DNA from: a virus
Taxonomy: Duplodnaviria; Caudoviricetes
Direction: 5' to 3' (one strand)
IMG/VR virus record: IMGVR_UViG_3300047561_000165
Coordinates: 1-43,277 of that record
Length of the DNA: 43,277 nt
Shown in pieces: positions 17,930-26,668 of this stretch. The translations under genes were made by a program, and so were the position numbers. Numbering within the stretch: position 1 is the first letter of the stretch; the number at the start of each line of letters is the position of its first letter. The notes under the pieces are model-generated. The model had not been told where the DNA came from and made no database searches. It worked only from the letters and a program-made list of their open reading frames with translations.

Positions 17930-19259
17930 GAAACAACACAATTTCATGGAAGCGATTGCCCATTCGCCTTCATTTGCTAAAAAAGTTCACATCCCTCAAT
18001 CAGTGGGCAAAGATTACGCAGCAGCCGATAAAGGCAAAACCTTCAGTAAGGGTGGCGACATGAAAGAATCTAAAGGTATGGTTGGCAAAGAAGTTGCTTT
18101 CTTTAAAAAGAAAGGCGCTCCCAAATCCATGATTAAGCATGAAGAATCTGAAATGAAAGGCTATGCGCGTGGCGGTAAAGTGCGCCGCATGGCTGCTGGC
18201 GGCACTGGTGACCCGTTTGAGTTAAGCGATACGGACCGCGAAAACTATGCAAAGAACGGCGCAGAGAATTTAAAACGCTTTAAAGGTTTCTTTGGGTTTG
18301 GTGATAAAGAAGAAGCTGCCCCTATTGACCGTTCGCGTGATGTTGACCGCACGGTTAAACCAACTGAAAGTTACACGCCGCGCCCTCCGCTTGGCATCAC
18401 TAAAACCAAATCACCTCGTACATCTTCAGGCAACAGCGCAGCAGAAGATGAGGTTGAGCGTTTAGATGCGGCAATGATGGCTGCTTCAAGGGACAAAACT
18501 GCAAAAGGCCCTCAGTTCATAAGTTCTATCCAAACCAACGGAGGCGAGCTAAGTGGTGATGGGTTGTCTCCAATAAAAAAACCAAAAACACCCGTTAAAC
18601 CAGCAATAAAAAAACCGGTTGGTTTTGAAAAAACGGAAAAAAAAGAACGGGTTATTACTGAACCTTCAGAAAAAACAAGCACAGGGGCAACGTTTAAATC
18701 TGACCTAGAAGGTAGGTTAGACCAAATGAAACCTTCGCGTAAGTTTGGTATGGCATCTGATGAAACCCGCGCATCTGTGCGTAAGGGGCTTGGAAGTTTT
18801 ATGGATTTCTTTGACTTAAGCAAAGCTCACGAAAGAGAGTTTGGCAAAAAACTGGCTAAAGGTGGTAATGTGAAAAGAATGCGTTATGGCGGTTCGCCAG
18901 AAGATGGTATGGACATGGGCCAACCTATGCGTGGCTCTGCGCCTCTTTCTCTCCCTCCCCGTGGTCGCGGTATGCCAGCAGCAGGTCCAGAAATGAACCC
19001 AAATTCTATTGCTGCACTTCAAGCCAAGTATGGGATGCGTCCACAAGGCGGTCCTCCAATGAAAGCTGGCGGTTCAGTCAAAAAAATGGCTGAGGGTGGG
19101 TTTACCCGTGAAGCAGACGGTGTTGCTAAAAAAGGCAAGACCCAAGGCAAAATGGTTAAGATGGCTGGCGGCGGGTTTGTAAAGTCGGCTGATGGTTGTG
19201 CCCAGCGAGGCAAAACCCGAGGCACACAGGTTAAGATGAACCGTGGCGGGATGTGCTAA
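17913..19259 (+). CDS. low-complexity basic protein with nine hydrophobic-x-x-GG motifs, putative internal virion protein
   Basis: FSKGG, YARGG, MAAGG, LAKGG, MRYGG, MKAGG, MAEGG, MAGGG, MNRGG. Confidence 0.7.
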   Translation: MPSSSKKQHNFMEAIAHSPSFAKKVHIPQSVGKDYAAADKGKTFSKGGDMKESKGMVGKEVAFFKKKGAPKSMIKHEESEMKGYARGGKVRRMAAGGTGDPFELSDTDRENYAKNGAENLKRFKGFFGFGDKEEAAPIDRSRDVDRTVKPTESYTPRPPLGITKTKSPRTSSGNSAAEDEVERLDAAMMAASRDKTAKGPQFISSIQTNGGELSGDGLSPIKKPKTPVKPAIKKPVGFEKTEKKERVITEPSEKTSTGATFKSDLEGRLDQMKPSRKFGMASDETRASVRKGLGSFMDFFDLSKAHEREFGKKLAKGGNVKRMRYGGSPEDGMDMGQPMRGSAPLSLPPRGRGMPAAGPEMNPNSIAALQAKYGMRPQGGPPMKAGGSVKKMAEGGFTREADGVAKKGKTQGKMVKMAGGGFVKSADGCAQRGKTRGTQVKMNRGGMC

Positions 19260-19262
19260 ACC

Positions 19263-19514
19263 ATGCGCCCTTCTCGCGGAATGGGGGCAATCAACCCGTC
19301 TAAGATGCCGGGAAAACGGGTTGTCAAACGAAAAGACAACCCGGATGATGTTGACTTCTACGCTAATGGCGGACCTGTTGGGCTTTATGCCAACATTCAC
19401 GCAAAGCAAGAACGTATCAAGCACGGCTCTAAAGAAAAGATGAGAAAGCCCGGAAGCAAAGGCGCACCCACTGCTGAAGCATTTAAACAGTCAGCAAAGA
19501 CAGCTAAACGATGA
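19263..19514 (+). CDS. small basic protein
   Basis: YANGG motif, then GLYANIHAK...MRKPGSKGAPT. Confidence 0.7.
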   Translation: MRPSRGMGAINPSKMPGKRVVKRKDNPDDVDFYANGGPVGLYANIHAKQERIKHGSKEKMRKPGSKGAPTAEAFKQSAKTAKR

Positions 19515-20425
19515 CAACCTCCGGCACCGCTTCGTTTAACCTAACGTTCAATGAGATAGCAGAAGAATGCTATGAGCGTTGCGGTGTTGAGATGCGTAGC
19601 GGGTATCAGCTTCGCACTGCTCGCCGTTCTATGAATCTAATGACCATAGAATGGGCAAACAAAGGCATCAACTTATGGACCATTGAAGAGGGAGAGATTC
19701 CTCTTGTACAAGGTCAGGTTGCTTATGCTTTGCCGGCAGACACTATTGATTTGCTTGACCACGTAATCAGGCAGAATCAAGGCACCACCAATCAGCAAGA
19801 CATCAACATTACCCGGATATCGGAGTCAACCTACTCCACGATTCCAAACAAACTTGCCCAAGGCAGACCTATTCAAGTCTGGATTAACAGGCAAACAAAC
19901 GCTATCTATTCAGCGGGAATTACCCTTTCCTCTACAATTACTGCAACTGATACATCCATTACAGTTAGTGATGGTTCGGTACTTGGAGCGGCAGGATACA
20001 TTCAGATTGGCAACGAACAGATTTATTACACCAGCATTCTTGGGAACACGCTTCAGCTTTGCAATCGCGGGCAGAACAACACAACTGCTGCGGCGCATAC
20101 TGCTGGCGCGGCAATCTCAGTAGTTAATAGCACTACGATTAACATTTGGCCCACGGCAAACGCTGGGGGTTCATATACTTTTGTTTACTGGCGCATGAGG
20201 AGAATCCAAGATGCTGGCACAGGAACAAAGACCGAAGACATCCCTTTTAGATTCTTACCTTGCCTCATTGCTGGCCTTTCTTATTACTTGTCAGTCAAGA
20301 TACCAGAAGCGTCAGACCGCGTTGCAATGCTCAAAAGCCAATATGATGAGCAATGGACTCTCGCCGCAGATGAAGACCGTGAAAAGGCTTCCTTGCGCTT
20401 GGCTCCCAGACAAATGTTCTTCTAA
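19511..20425 (+). CDS. putative tail adaptor/tubular protein with inserted beta domain
   Basis: TARRSMNLM..EWAN.GINLW, GRPIQVW, IPFRFLPCL; insert IQIGNEQIYY...RGQNNTTAAAH. Confidence 0.6.
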   Translation: MTTSGTASFNLTFNEIAEECYERCGVEMRSGYQLRTARRSMNLMTIEWANKGINLWTIEEGEIPLVQGQVAYALPADTIDLLDHVIRQNQGTTNQQDINITRISESTYSTIPNKLAQGRPIQVWINRQTNAIYSAGITLSSTITATDTSITVSDGSVLGAAGYIQIGNEQIYYTSILGNTLQLCNRGQNNTTAAAHTAGAAISVVNSTTINIWPTANAGGSYTFVYWRMRRIQDAGTGTKTEDIPFRFLPCLIAGLSYYLSVKIPEASDRVAMLKSQYDEQWTLAADEDREKASLRLAPRQMFF

Positions 20426-20847
20426 TGGCAAATAAGTACGCATCTGGCAAGTTCTCAATTGCTGAATGCGACCGATGTGGTCAGCGTTACAAACTGAGTG
20501 AACTAAAAAAAGAGGTCATTAAGACAAAACTTTTTCAAATTAAAGTTTGTCCTGAATGTTGGGACCCCGACCAGCCTCAGTTGTCATTAGGACTTTACCC
20601 AGTCTATGACCCACAAGCAGTCAGAGAACCAAGACCGGATGTAAGCTACTATCAATCTGGAAACAGTGGGCTTGAAACAAACACCACAAGCGGCACAGGT
20701 GTTAATCAGAACGGGTATCCAGAAGAAGGAAGTAGGGTTTTTCAGTGGGGATGGAACCCGGTTGGCGGGGCTGCTTGGTTTGATTCGGGATTGACTCCTA
20801 ACGATTTGGTTTTAAACTTTACGCTTAGTAGCGTTACAATAGGATAG
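20425..20847 (+). CDS. CxxC-CxxC zinc-finger protein
   Basis: ECDRCG and VCPECWD, followed by DPQAVREPRPD. Confidence 0.7.
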   Translation: MANKYASGKFSIAECDRCGQRYKLSELKKEVIKTKLFQIKVCPECWDPDQPQLSLGLYPVYDPQAVREPRPDVSYYQSGNSGLETNTTSGTGVNQNGYPEEGSRVFQWGWNPVGGAAWFDSGLTPNDLVLNFTLSSVTIG

Positions 20848-20850
20848 AAA

Positions 20851-21009
20851 ATGAACCGTAAAGAAGTTAAAGGCATTGCTGATGTCGAAGCCGCGAAGGC
20901 GGTCAAAGGGCATGAGAAAAAAATGCACGGCATGAAGAAAGGTGGACCCACCAGCCTTGACCGCAAGAAGTACGGGCGTAATCTGTCCCGTGCAATGAAC
21001 CAGAGGTAA
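20851..21009 (+). CDS. small basic protein (52 aa)
   Basis: Below the track cutoff: MNRKEVKGIADVEAAKAVKGHEKKMHGMKKGGPTSLDRKKYGRNLSRAMNQR*; fills the gap; AGGA RBS. Confidence 0.7.
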   Translation: MNRKEVKGIADVEAAKAVKGHEKKMHGMKKGGPTSLDRKKYGRNLSRAMNQR

Positions 21010-21011
21010 TC

Positions 21012-21275
21012 ATGGCATTCACTATGAAAAAAGGCGGGAAAGAGGTAGGAGGGGCTAGTGTCTATGCCAAGCCTCATACCGGCTCCAGCCCCGGTGTTGA
21101 TTTAAGTAACTTTGGTTATGGCAAACAAAAGAAAGGCGACCAACTAGACGACATCAATATGTCTGTTTCGTTTGTCTCAGGGAAGCCCTATCCTGAACCA
21201 AAGACTACAGGCGTAAAAACCCGTGGCAACGGCGCAGCAACCAAAGGCACGATGGCTAGAGGCCCGATGGCATGA
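21012..21275 (+). CDS. small basic protein
   Basis: MKKGG near the N-terminus; KTRGNGAATKG C-terminus; GAGG RBS. Confidence 0.7.
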   Translation: MAFTMKKGGKEVGGASVYAKPHTGSSPGVDLSNFGYGKQKKGDQLDDINMSVSFVSGKPYPEPKTTGVKTRGNGAATKGTMARGPMA

Positions 21276-21934
21276 CTTACATTGAACTGGTTGCAGCGAT
21301 ACAGAACTATTCGGAGAATAGCTTTGACTATTCAACGACGCCTAGTATCCTCAATCGGTTCATTGAGCAAGCTGAACAAACGATTTATAACGGGGTTCAG
21401 CTTCCCTCTTTGCGTAAGAATGTAACCGGGGTTACAAGCCCAGCCAATCGTTTCCTTGCTTGCCCTGCGGATTGGCTTTCAACGTATTCAATCGCAGTTA
21501 TTGATGCAACAGGTGCATATAACTATCTTTTAAACAAAGATACAAGTTTTATGCAAATGGCGTATCCAAATCCATCTGATACTGGATTGCCTCTTTATTA
21601 TTCATTGTATGGGCCGCAAACAACGCAACCGGCAGAACTAACGTTTTTGTTAGCTCCAACGCCTGATGCGGTTTATACAATGGTGCTTAACTATTTCTTC
21701 TACCCAGAGTCAATTGTTACCGCCGGCAACACTTGGCTTGGCGACAACTTTGACATTGCACTACTTAACTTTTCTTTAGTAGAGGCAATCACTTATATGA
21801 AAGGCGAGCAGGATATGGTTGCCTTGTATAAGGGTAGAGCAGACAACGCAATGTCCTTGCTCAAGCAACTGGGCGATGCCAAAGAGAAGGGTGATTCGTT
21901 CCGTGACCCTCCGCCTAAATATAAAGTCATATGA
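21272..21934 (+). CDS. putative head-tail adaptor/tail protein
   Basis: MTYIELVAAIQNY...FIEQAE...LAPTPD...TWLGDN...EAITYMKG; position in the tail module. Confidence 0.6.
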   Translation: MTYIELVAAIQNYSENSFDYSTTPSILNRFIEQAEQTIYNGVQLPSLRKNVTGVTSPANRFLACPADWLSTYSIAVIDATGAYNYLLNKDTSFMQMAYPNPSDTGLPLYYSLYGPQTTQPAELTFLLAPTPDAVYTMVLNYFFYPESIVTAGNTWLGDNFDIALLNFSLVEAITYMKGEQDMVALYKGRADNAMSLLKQLGDAKEKGDSFRDPPPKYKVI

Positions 21935-22344
21935 TTACGCAGACGGTCACCACATCGTTTAAATACGATTGCTACACGGCGCAGCAGGACCTATCAACGG
22001 ACACGTTGATGATGGCTCTGTACACTGCGGCAGCTAATTTAAACGCTGACACAACCGCGTATACATCAGATAACGAAGTTAGTTCTCCAAACTACACTGT
22101 TGGCGGGATAGTGTTGACCGGGGTAACAGTAAACACATCCGGTACAACCGTTTACCTTAGTTTTACAAATCCCACTTGGAACTCGGTGTCGTTTACATGC
22201 AGGGGTGCTTTGATTTATAACGCAACAAAAAGCAATAAATCAATTGCAGTGTTGAACTTTGGTTCTGACAAAACAGTTTCAAATAGCAGCTTCACTGTTG
22301 TTCTTCCGGCAAACACCGCAACCAGCGCATTGATTCGTTCTTAA
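21931..22344 (+). CDS. virion structural protein (paralog of 22541-23017)
   Basis: TSF...ALYT...TTAYT..NEV...NYT.GG...ALIR shared with the downstream paralog. Confidence 0.7.
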   Translation: MITQTVTTSFKYDCYTAQQDLSTDTLMMALYTAAANLNADTTAYTSDNEVSSPNYTVGGIVLTGVTVNTSGTTVYLSFTNPTWNSVSFTCRGALIYNATKSNKSIAVLNFGSDKTVSNSSFTVVLPANTATSALIRS

Positions 22345-22345
22345 T

Positions 22346-22537
22346 ATGTTAGTTAACACAATCCACGGTGAAATGGACGACTCTCTTCTAGTCAAGAAAG
22401 AGGGTTTGATAGATAATGACATTGAACTGACCACATGGGTTGAGTACTGGCTCAATGATGAGCTAGTGCATCGCTCTGTCCACGTTACCCTCAGAACTTC
22501 ACCGTTTACACAGCTTGAAGCTGCGGAAATAGGATAA
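22346..22537 (+). CDS. small hypothetical protein
   Basis: 63 aa; WVEYW..ELVHRSVHV. Confidence 0.7.
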   Translation: MLVNTIHGEMDDSLLVKKEGLIDNDIELTTWVEYWLNDELVHRSVHVTLRTSPFTQLEAAEIG

Positions 22538-22540
22538 ATC

Positions 22541-23017
22541 ATGGCAAACACTCAATCCATGTGTACATCGTTCCTTGGGGAACTGTTGACCGCGACCCAT
22601 AATTTTGGTGTGGCTCCTACCCGTGCTACAACCTCTGCCGACACGTTTAAAGGTGCTTTGTATCTAACGACGGCAACAATCAACGCAGGGACTACCGCTT
22701 ACACCGCAACTGGAGAAGTTACCGGGACAAACTACACGGCTGGTGGTGTTGTAGTTACCAACGCAACAGCCCCGGCATCAGCCAATTCATCTGCTACCGC
22801 CGGCTCAGCCTACTGGACTCCTTCGGCTTCTATTGTGTATTCAAACGTCACATTAGGCACTGCATTTGACACAATATTGATTTATAACTCAACCCAAAGT
22901 AATAAGTCTGTGTCTGTTCACACGTTCAGTTCGCAAACGATTACTGCTGGTAATTTTGTTTTGACCATGCCAACAAACAGTTCTAGCACTGCGTTGATTC
23001 GACTTTCTACGACGTAA
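22541..23017 (+). CDS. virion structural protein (paralog of 21931-22344)
   Basis: CTSF...ALY...TTAYT..GEV..TNYTAGG...ALIRL. Confidence 0.7.
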   Translation: MANTQSMCTSFLGELLTATHNFGVAPTRATTSADTFKGALYLTTATINAGTTAYTATGEVTGTNYTAGGVVVTNATAPASANSSATAGSAYWTPSASIVYSNVTLGTAFDTILIYNSTQSNKSVSVHTFSSQTITAGNFVLTMPTNSSSTALIRLSTT

Positions 23018-23025
23018 GGTGGAAT

Positions 23026-23328
23026 GTGACGACAGGCTGGGGCGACCTTAGTTGGGGTAGTAATGGGTGGGGAGGAGATGTTCCCACCTATAACCAAGCC
23101 ATAACTGGCGTTGCAGCGGCGGGCAATGTAGGGGCAGTGGGGCCGGGAAAGGCAGCAGCAATATCTGGAGTTTTAACATCTGGTAATGTGGGTTCTATGG
23201 TTCCAACCCGGTTTGTTGAAATTACTGGAACCACGGCAAGTGGAACTCTTGGCACATTTGGGTACTATTATTGGACTGCTATAGATGATACTCAGAATCC
23301 CAATTGGACCGAGATTACGAATTTTTAA
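23026..23328 (+). CDS. Gly/Trp-rich virion protein
   Basis: GTG start; GWGDLSWGSNGWGG, ITGV.A.G.VG repeats, WTAIDDTQNPNWT. Confidence 0.65.
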   Translation: MTTGWGDLSWGSNGWGGDVPTYNQAITGVAAAGNVGAVGPGKAAAISGVLTSGNVGSMVPTRFVEITGTTASGTLGTFGYYYWTAIDDTQNPNWTEITNF

Positions 23329-23337
23329 GGATTAGAA

Positions 23338-23925
23338 ATGGCAACCTCATATACCTCGCTACTAGGGCTTGCCCTCCCCGCTACGGGAGAGTTGTCAGGT
23401 ACTTGGGGCGATACGGTCAACAACTACATCTCTAACTATATTGATGCGGCAGTTGCTGGCACACAAACAATCACCGCTGATACGACGTTAACGAAGACCA
23501 CAGGGTCAAGCCTAGGTGCTACGTCATCTCAGTACATGGTGCTGTTGTGCAGCCCCGCATCAGCTAATATTACCGTTACCGCGCCCGCAGCAAGTAAAAC
23601 CTACGTTGTTATCAATACATCAGCAACGTACACAGTAACTGTAAGAGGCGCAGGTCCTACGACCGGCGTAGTAGTTCCAACATCAGGCAAAGCTATCCTT
23701 GCATGGAATGGCTCTGACTTTGTAAACGTTGGTGGTGGTGTTGGCACTTCAACAACCGGCCAAGCATTGGTTAACAGCAGCGGCGCTATCGCTGGTGTTT
23801 CTCCCGGTACAAACGGTAACGTATTAACGTCTAACGGTAGTGCTTGGGTATCTTCCACCCCGGCGGCATCAGGCTTATCTCAAGCTAAAGCCACAATGAT
23901 TTCTCTAGTCTTCGGCGCAATTTAA
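23338..23925 (+). CDS. tail fibre proximal-type protein
   Basis: LALPATGELSGTWGDTVN N-terminus, GTNGNVLTSNG fibre motif. Confidence 0.65.
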   Translation: MATSYTSLLGLALPATGELSGTWGDTVNNYISNYIDAAVAGTQTITADTTLTKTTGSSLGATSSQYMVLLCSPASANITVTAPAASKTYVVINTSATYTVTVRGAGPTTGVVVPTSGKAILAWNGSDFVNVGGGVGTSTTGQALVNSSGAIAGVSPGTNGNVLTSNGSAWVSSTPAASGLSQAKATMISLVFGAI

Positions 23926-23934
23926 GGAAAGAAC

Positions 23935-24330
23935 GTGGCAAACCCTAATCTTTTAGCCGCAACGACGGCATCCGGAACCACCACTTATTACACACCGTCT
24001 GGAACGACAGCGGTTGTGTTACTTGCAAACACCGCATCATCTGGGCAAGTCTTCAAGATTAACCAGATTGTTGCTACCAACGTCAACGGCTCATCTGCTG
24101 TAAACGCCACAGTAAGTATCTATACCAACGGCGCTGTAGCCCAAGGTTCTGCCCCGTCTAGTGGAACGGCGTACCCAATCGCCTCGACTATCTCGGTCCC
24201 GGCAAACGCCGCGCTGATTGTAGTAGACAAGACCACGCAGTTGTATCTGCAAGAAGGCACATCAATCACTGTGACTTCCGGTACAGCAAGCGGTATTACT
24301 TACAGCATCTCCTACGAAGTCATATCATAA
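23935..24330 (+). CDS. putative virion structural protein
   Basis: GTG start after AAGGA; MANPN...KIN.I...NVNG...ISVPANAAL...YLQEG...SYEVIS. Confidence 0.65.
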   Translation: MANPNLLAATTASGTTTYYTPSGTTAVVLLANTASSGQVFKINQIVATNVNGSSAVNATVSIYTNGAVAQGSAPSSGTAYPIASTISVPANAALIVVDKTTQLYLQEGTSITVTSGTASGITYSISYEVIS

Positions 24331-24349
24331 ATTTGTAAGAGATTCAGCC

Positions 24350-25489
24350 ATGTCAATGCGCTACAAAGGGGCAATAAACAAGCCGGGGTTCAATCCGCTT
24401 GGCGCTCAAACTACGACTACATTTTATAATTTGTATATTTGGGGTAGTAACAACCAAGGTCAGTTAGGGCTTGGTAATACAACAAATTATTCTTCTCCCA
24501 AACAAGTTGGTTCTTTAAATTGGTCATTTGTAGCCGGCGGTACTTTAAGTAGTTTTGCAATTAAACCTGATGGAACGCTTTGGGCTTGGGGGTATGGTGG
24601 AAACGGAGTTTTGGGTCTTGGCAATACCACAAACTATTCTTCTCCAAAACAAGTTGGAGCATTAACAAATTGGAAAACAATTTATAACAGCAAGAGCGGA
24701 TATAATACTGTCGCAGTTAAAACCGATGGAACTCTTTGGGTTTGGGGACTTGGAACTTTTGGAACTCTTGGTTTAGGAAACACTACTAGTTATTCATCGC
24801 CAAAACAAGTTGGGTCTTTAACAAATTGGTCAAAATCAAGTGTTGATGGTTATACTTGCCTTGCTATTAAAACAGATGGAAGTCTTTGGTCTTGGGGGGC
24901 TAACACCGCTGGTCAACTTGGGTTAGGAAACACTACATATTATTCATCGCCCAAACAAGTTGGTGTATTGACCACATGGGTAAATGTTGTTTCGGGTCCG
25001 GGTAGCGGTGTGCTTGCTATTAAAACAGATGGAACGTTATGGGCTTGGGGTTCGTCAACCTACGGAAAACTTGGGTTGAACAATGTAACTGATTATTATT
25101 CCCCAAAACAAGTTGGAGCATTAACAACTTGGTCTTCAATTTCCATGCAGTATTATGCAGGTGGGGCACTTAAAACTAACGGGACGCTTTGGACTTGGGG
25201 TTATAACCTTAGTGGGCAACTTGGCTTGGGCACTTCCGGTGCGGGAACATATACTTCTTCGCCGCAACAAGTTGGTGCATTAACAGATTGGTCTACGATA
25301 TCGGCTGGTGCACAAACTTTTTTCTCAATTAAAACAAACGGAACTCTTTGGGCAATAGGGGGGCCTAATGGTACAGGAGTACTTGGATTGGGTGATACTA
25401 CAAATCGTTCATCGCCAAATCAAATTGGCGCATTAACATCTTGGCTTTCAGTAGGTGCTGGTGCTTACCACACTTTAGCCCTAGGATAA
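24350..25489 (+). CDS. RCC1-repeat beta-propeller protein 1
   Basis: About seven ~50-aa repeats AIKTDGTLW.WG.N..GQLGLGNTT.YSSPKQVG.LT.W. Confidence 0.9.
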   Translation: MSMRYKGAINKPGFNPLGAQTTTTFYNLYIWGSNNQGQLGLGNTTNYSSPKQVGSLNWSFVAGGTLSSFAIKPDGTLWAWGYGGNGVLGLGNTTNYSSPKQVGALTNWKTIYNSKSGYNTVAVKTDGTLWVWGLGTFGTLGLGNTTSYSSPKQVGSLTNWSKSSVDGYTCLAIKTDGSLWSWGANTAGQLGLGNTTYYSSPKQVGVLTTWVNVVSGPGSGVLAIKTDGTLWAWGSSTYGKLGLNNVTDYYSPKQVGALTTWSSISMQYYAGGALKTNGTLWTWGYNLSGQLGLGTSGAGTYTSSPQQVGALTDWSTISAGAQTFFSIKTNGTLWAIGGPNGTGVLGLGDTTNRSSPNQIGALTSWLSVGAGAYHTLALG

Positions 25490-25492
25490 GCG

Positions 25493-26656
25493 ATGGCAAC
25501 CACAATAGTTACAGGCGTTCAGTATTCAGGGCTATGGACACGTTCCCAGCAGTTACAGGCTATCGGGGCTGGGACTTGGACTGGATTTCCGTATTTGTAT
25601 GGATGGGGTTATAACAATCAAGGTCAAGCCGGCATTAATTCATTAACGGCTACATCTAGCCCTACTCTTGTTGGTTATGGAGCATGGTCAAAAGTTTCAA
25701 GTTTTGGAGGCGCTTTGTTTTCAAGTGCAACAAAAACCGATGGAACTTTGTGGACTTGGGGCCAAAATACTTATGGTCAACTTGGCGATGGAACAACAAC
25801 AAGGCAATCGTCTCCAATTCAAGTTGGTTTATTAACAAATTGGTTAAAGATTTCGTGTGGATATGCTCATTTGTTGGCAGTTAAAACAGATGGTACTTTA
25901 TGGGCTTGGGGTAGAAACAACAACGGGCAATTAGGACTTGGTAATATAACAAATTATTCTTCTCCAAAACAAGTTGGAGCACTAACAACTTGGTCGGATG
26001 CTTTTGGAGGTTATTTTAATTCATTTGCAATTAAAACAGATGGGACGCTTTGGGCTTGGGGTTATAACGCATTTGGAGGGCTTGGATTAAATAATACGAC
26101 AAGTTATTCTTCTCCAAAACAAATTGGTTCGTTGACCACTTGGTTAAAATTATCATCTGGATATACGTTTAGTGTTGCGGTCAAAACAGATGGAACTTTA
26201 TGGTCATGGGGAACTGGTACTCAAGGCGTGCTTGGGCTTGGAAATGTAACCAATTATTTTTCGCCCAAACAAGTTGGTTCATTAACTAATTGGTTAAACA
26301 TAAGTTCAGGTAATTATGCCAACAGGGGTTATACGCTTGCTACCAAAACAGACGGAACATTGTGGTCTTGGGGAGGAAATGGTTACGGAAACCTTGGGGT
26401 TGGGGATACCGTCGCCAAATCATCACCAGTACAAATTGGCAGTTTAACCACATGGTTAAAAGTTTCGGCAGGATATGGTTCTAGTTTTTCTATTAAAACC
26501 GATGGAACATTATGGTCTTGGGGGTATAACGCAAACGGTCAACTTGGGTTAGGTAACACTACTAATTATTCATCGCCAAAACAAATTGGCGTTAAATCTA
26601 ATTGGACGGAAGTGGCGGCGGGAAATTATCCCGGAATTGCAATTTCAAATTCATAA
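25493..26656 (+). CDS. RCC1-repeat beta-propeller protein 2
   Basis: Same repeat, about seven copies; N-terminal YSGLWT..QQ....GTW segment. Confidence 0.9.
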   Translation: MATTIVTGVQYSGLWTRSQQLQAIGAGTWTGFPYLYGWGYNNQGQAGINSLTATSSPTLVGYGAWSKVSSFGGALFSSATKTDGTLWTWGQNTYGQLGDGTTTRQSSPIQVGLLTNWLKISCGYAHLLAVKTDGTLWAWGRNNNGQLGLGNITNYSSPKQVGALTTWSDAFGGYFNSFAIKTDGTLWAWGYNAFGGLGLNNTTSYSSPKQIGSLTTWLKLSSGYTFSVAVKTDGTLWSWGTGTQGVLGLGNVTNYFSPKQVGSLTNWLNISSGNYANRGYTLATKTDGTLWSWGGNGYGNLGVGDTVAKSSPVQIGSLTTWLKVSAGYGSSFSIKTDGTLWSWGYNANGQLGLGNTTNYSSPKQIGVKSNWTEVAAGNYPGIAISNS

Positions 26657-26668
26657 GATAATAACCAC

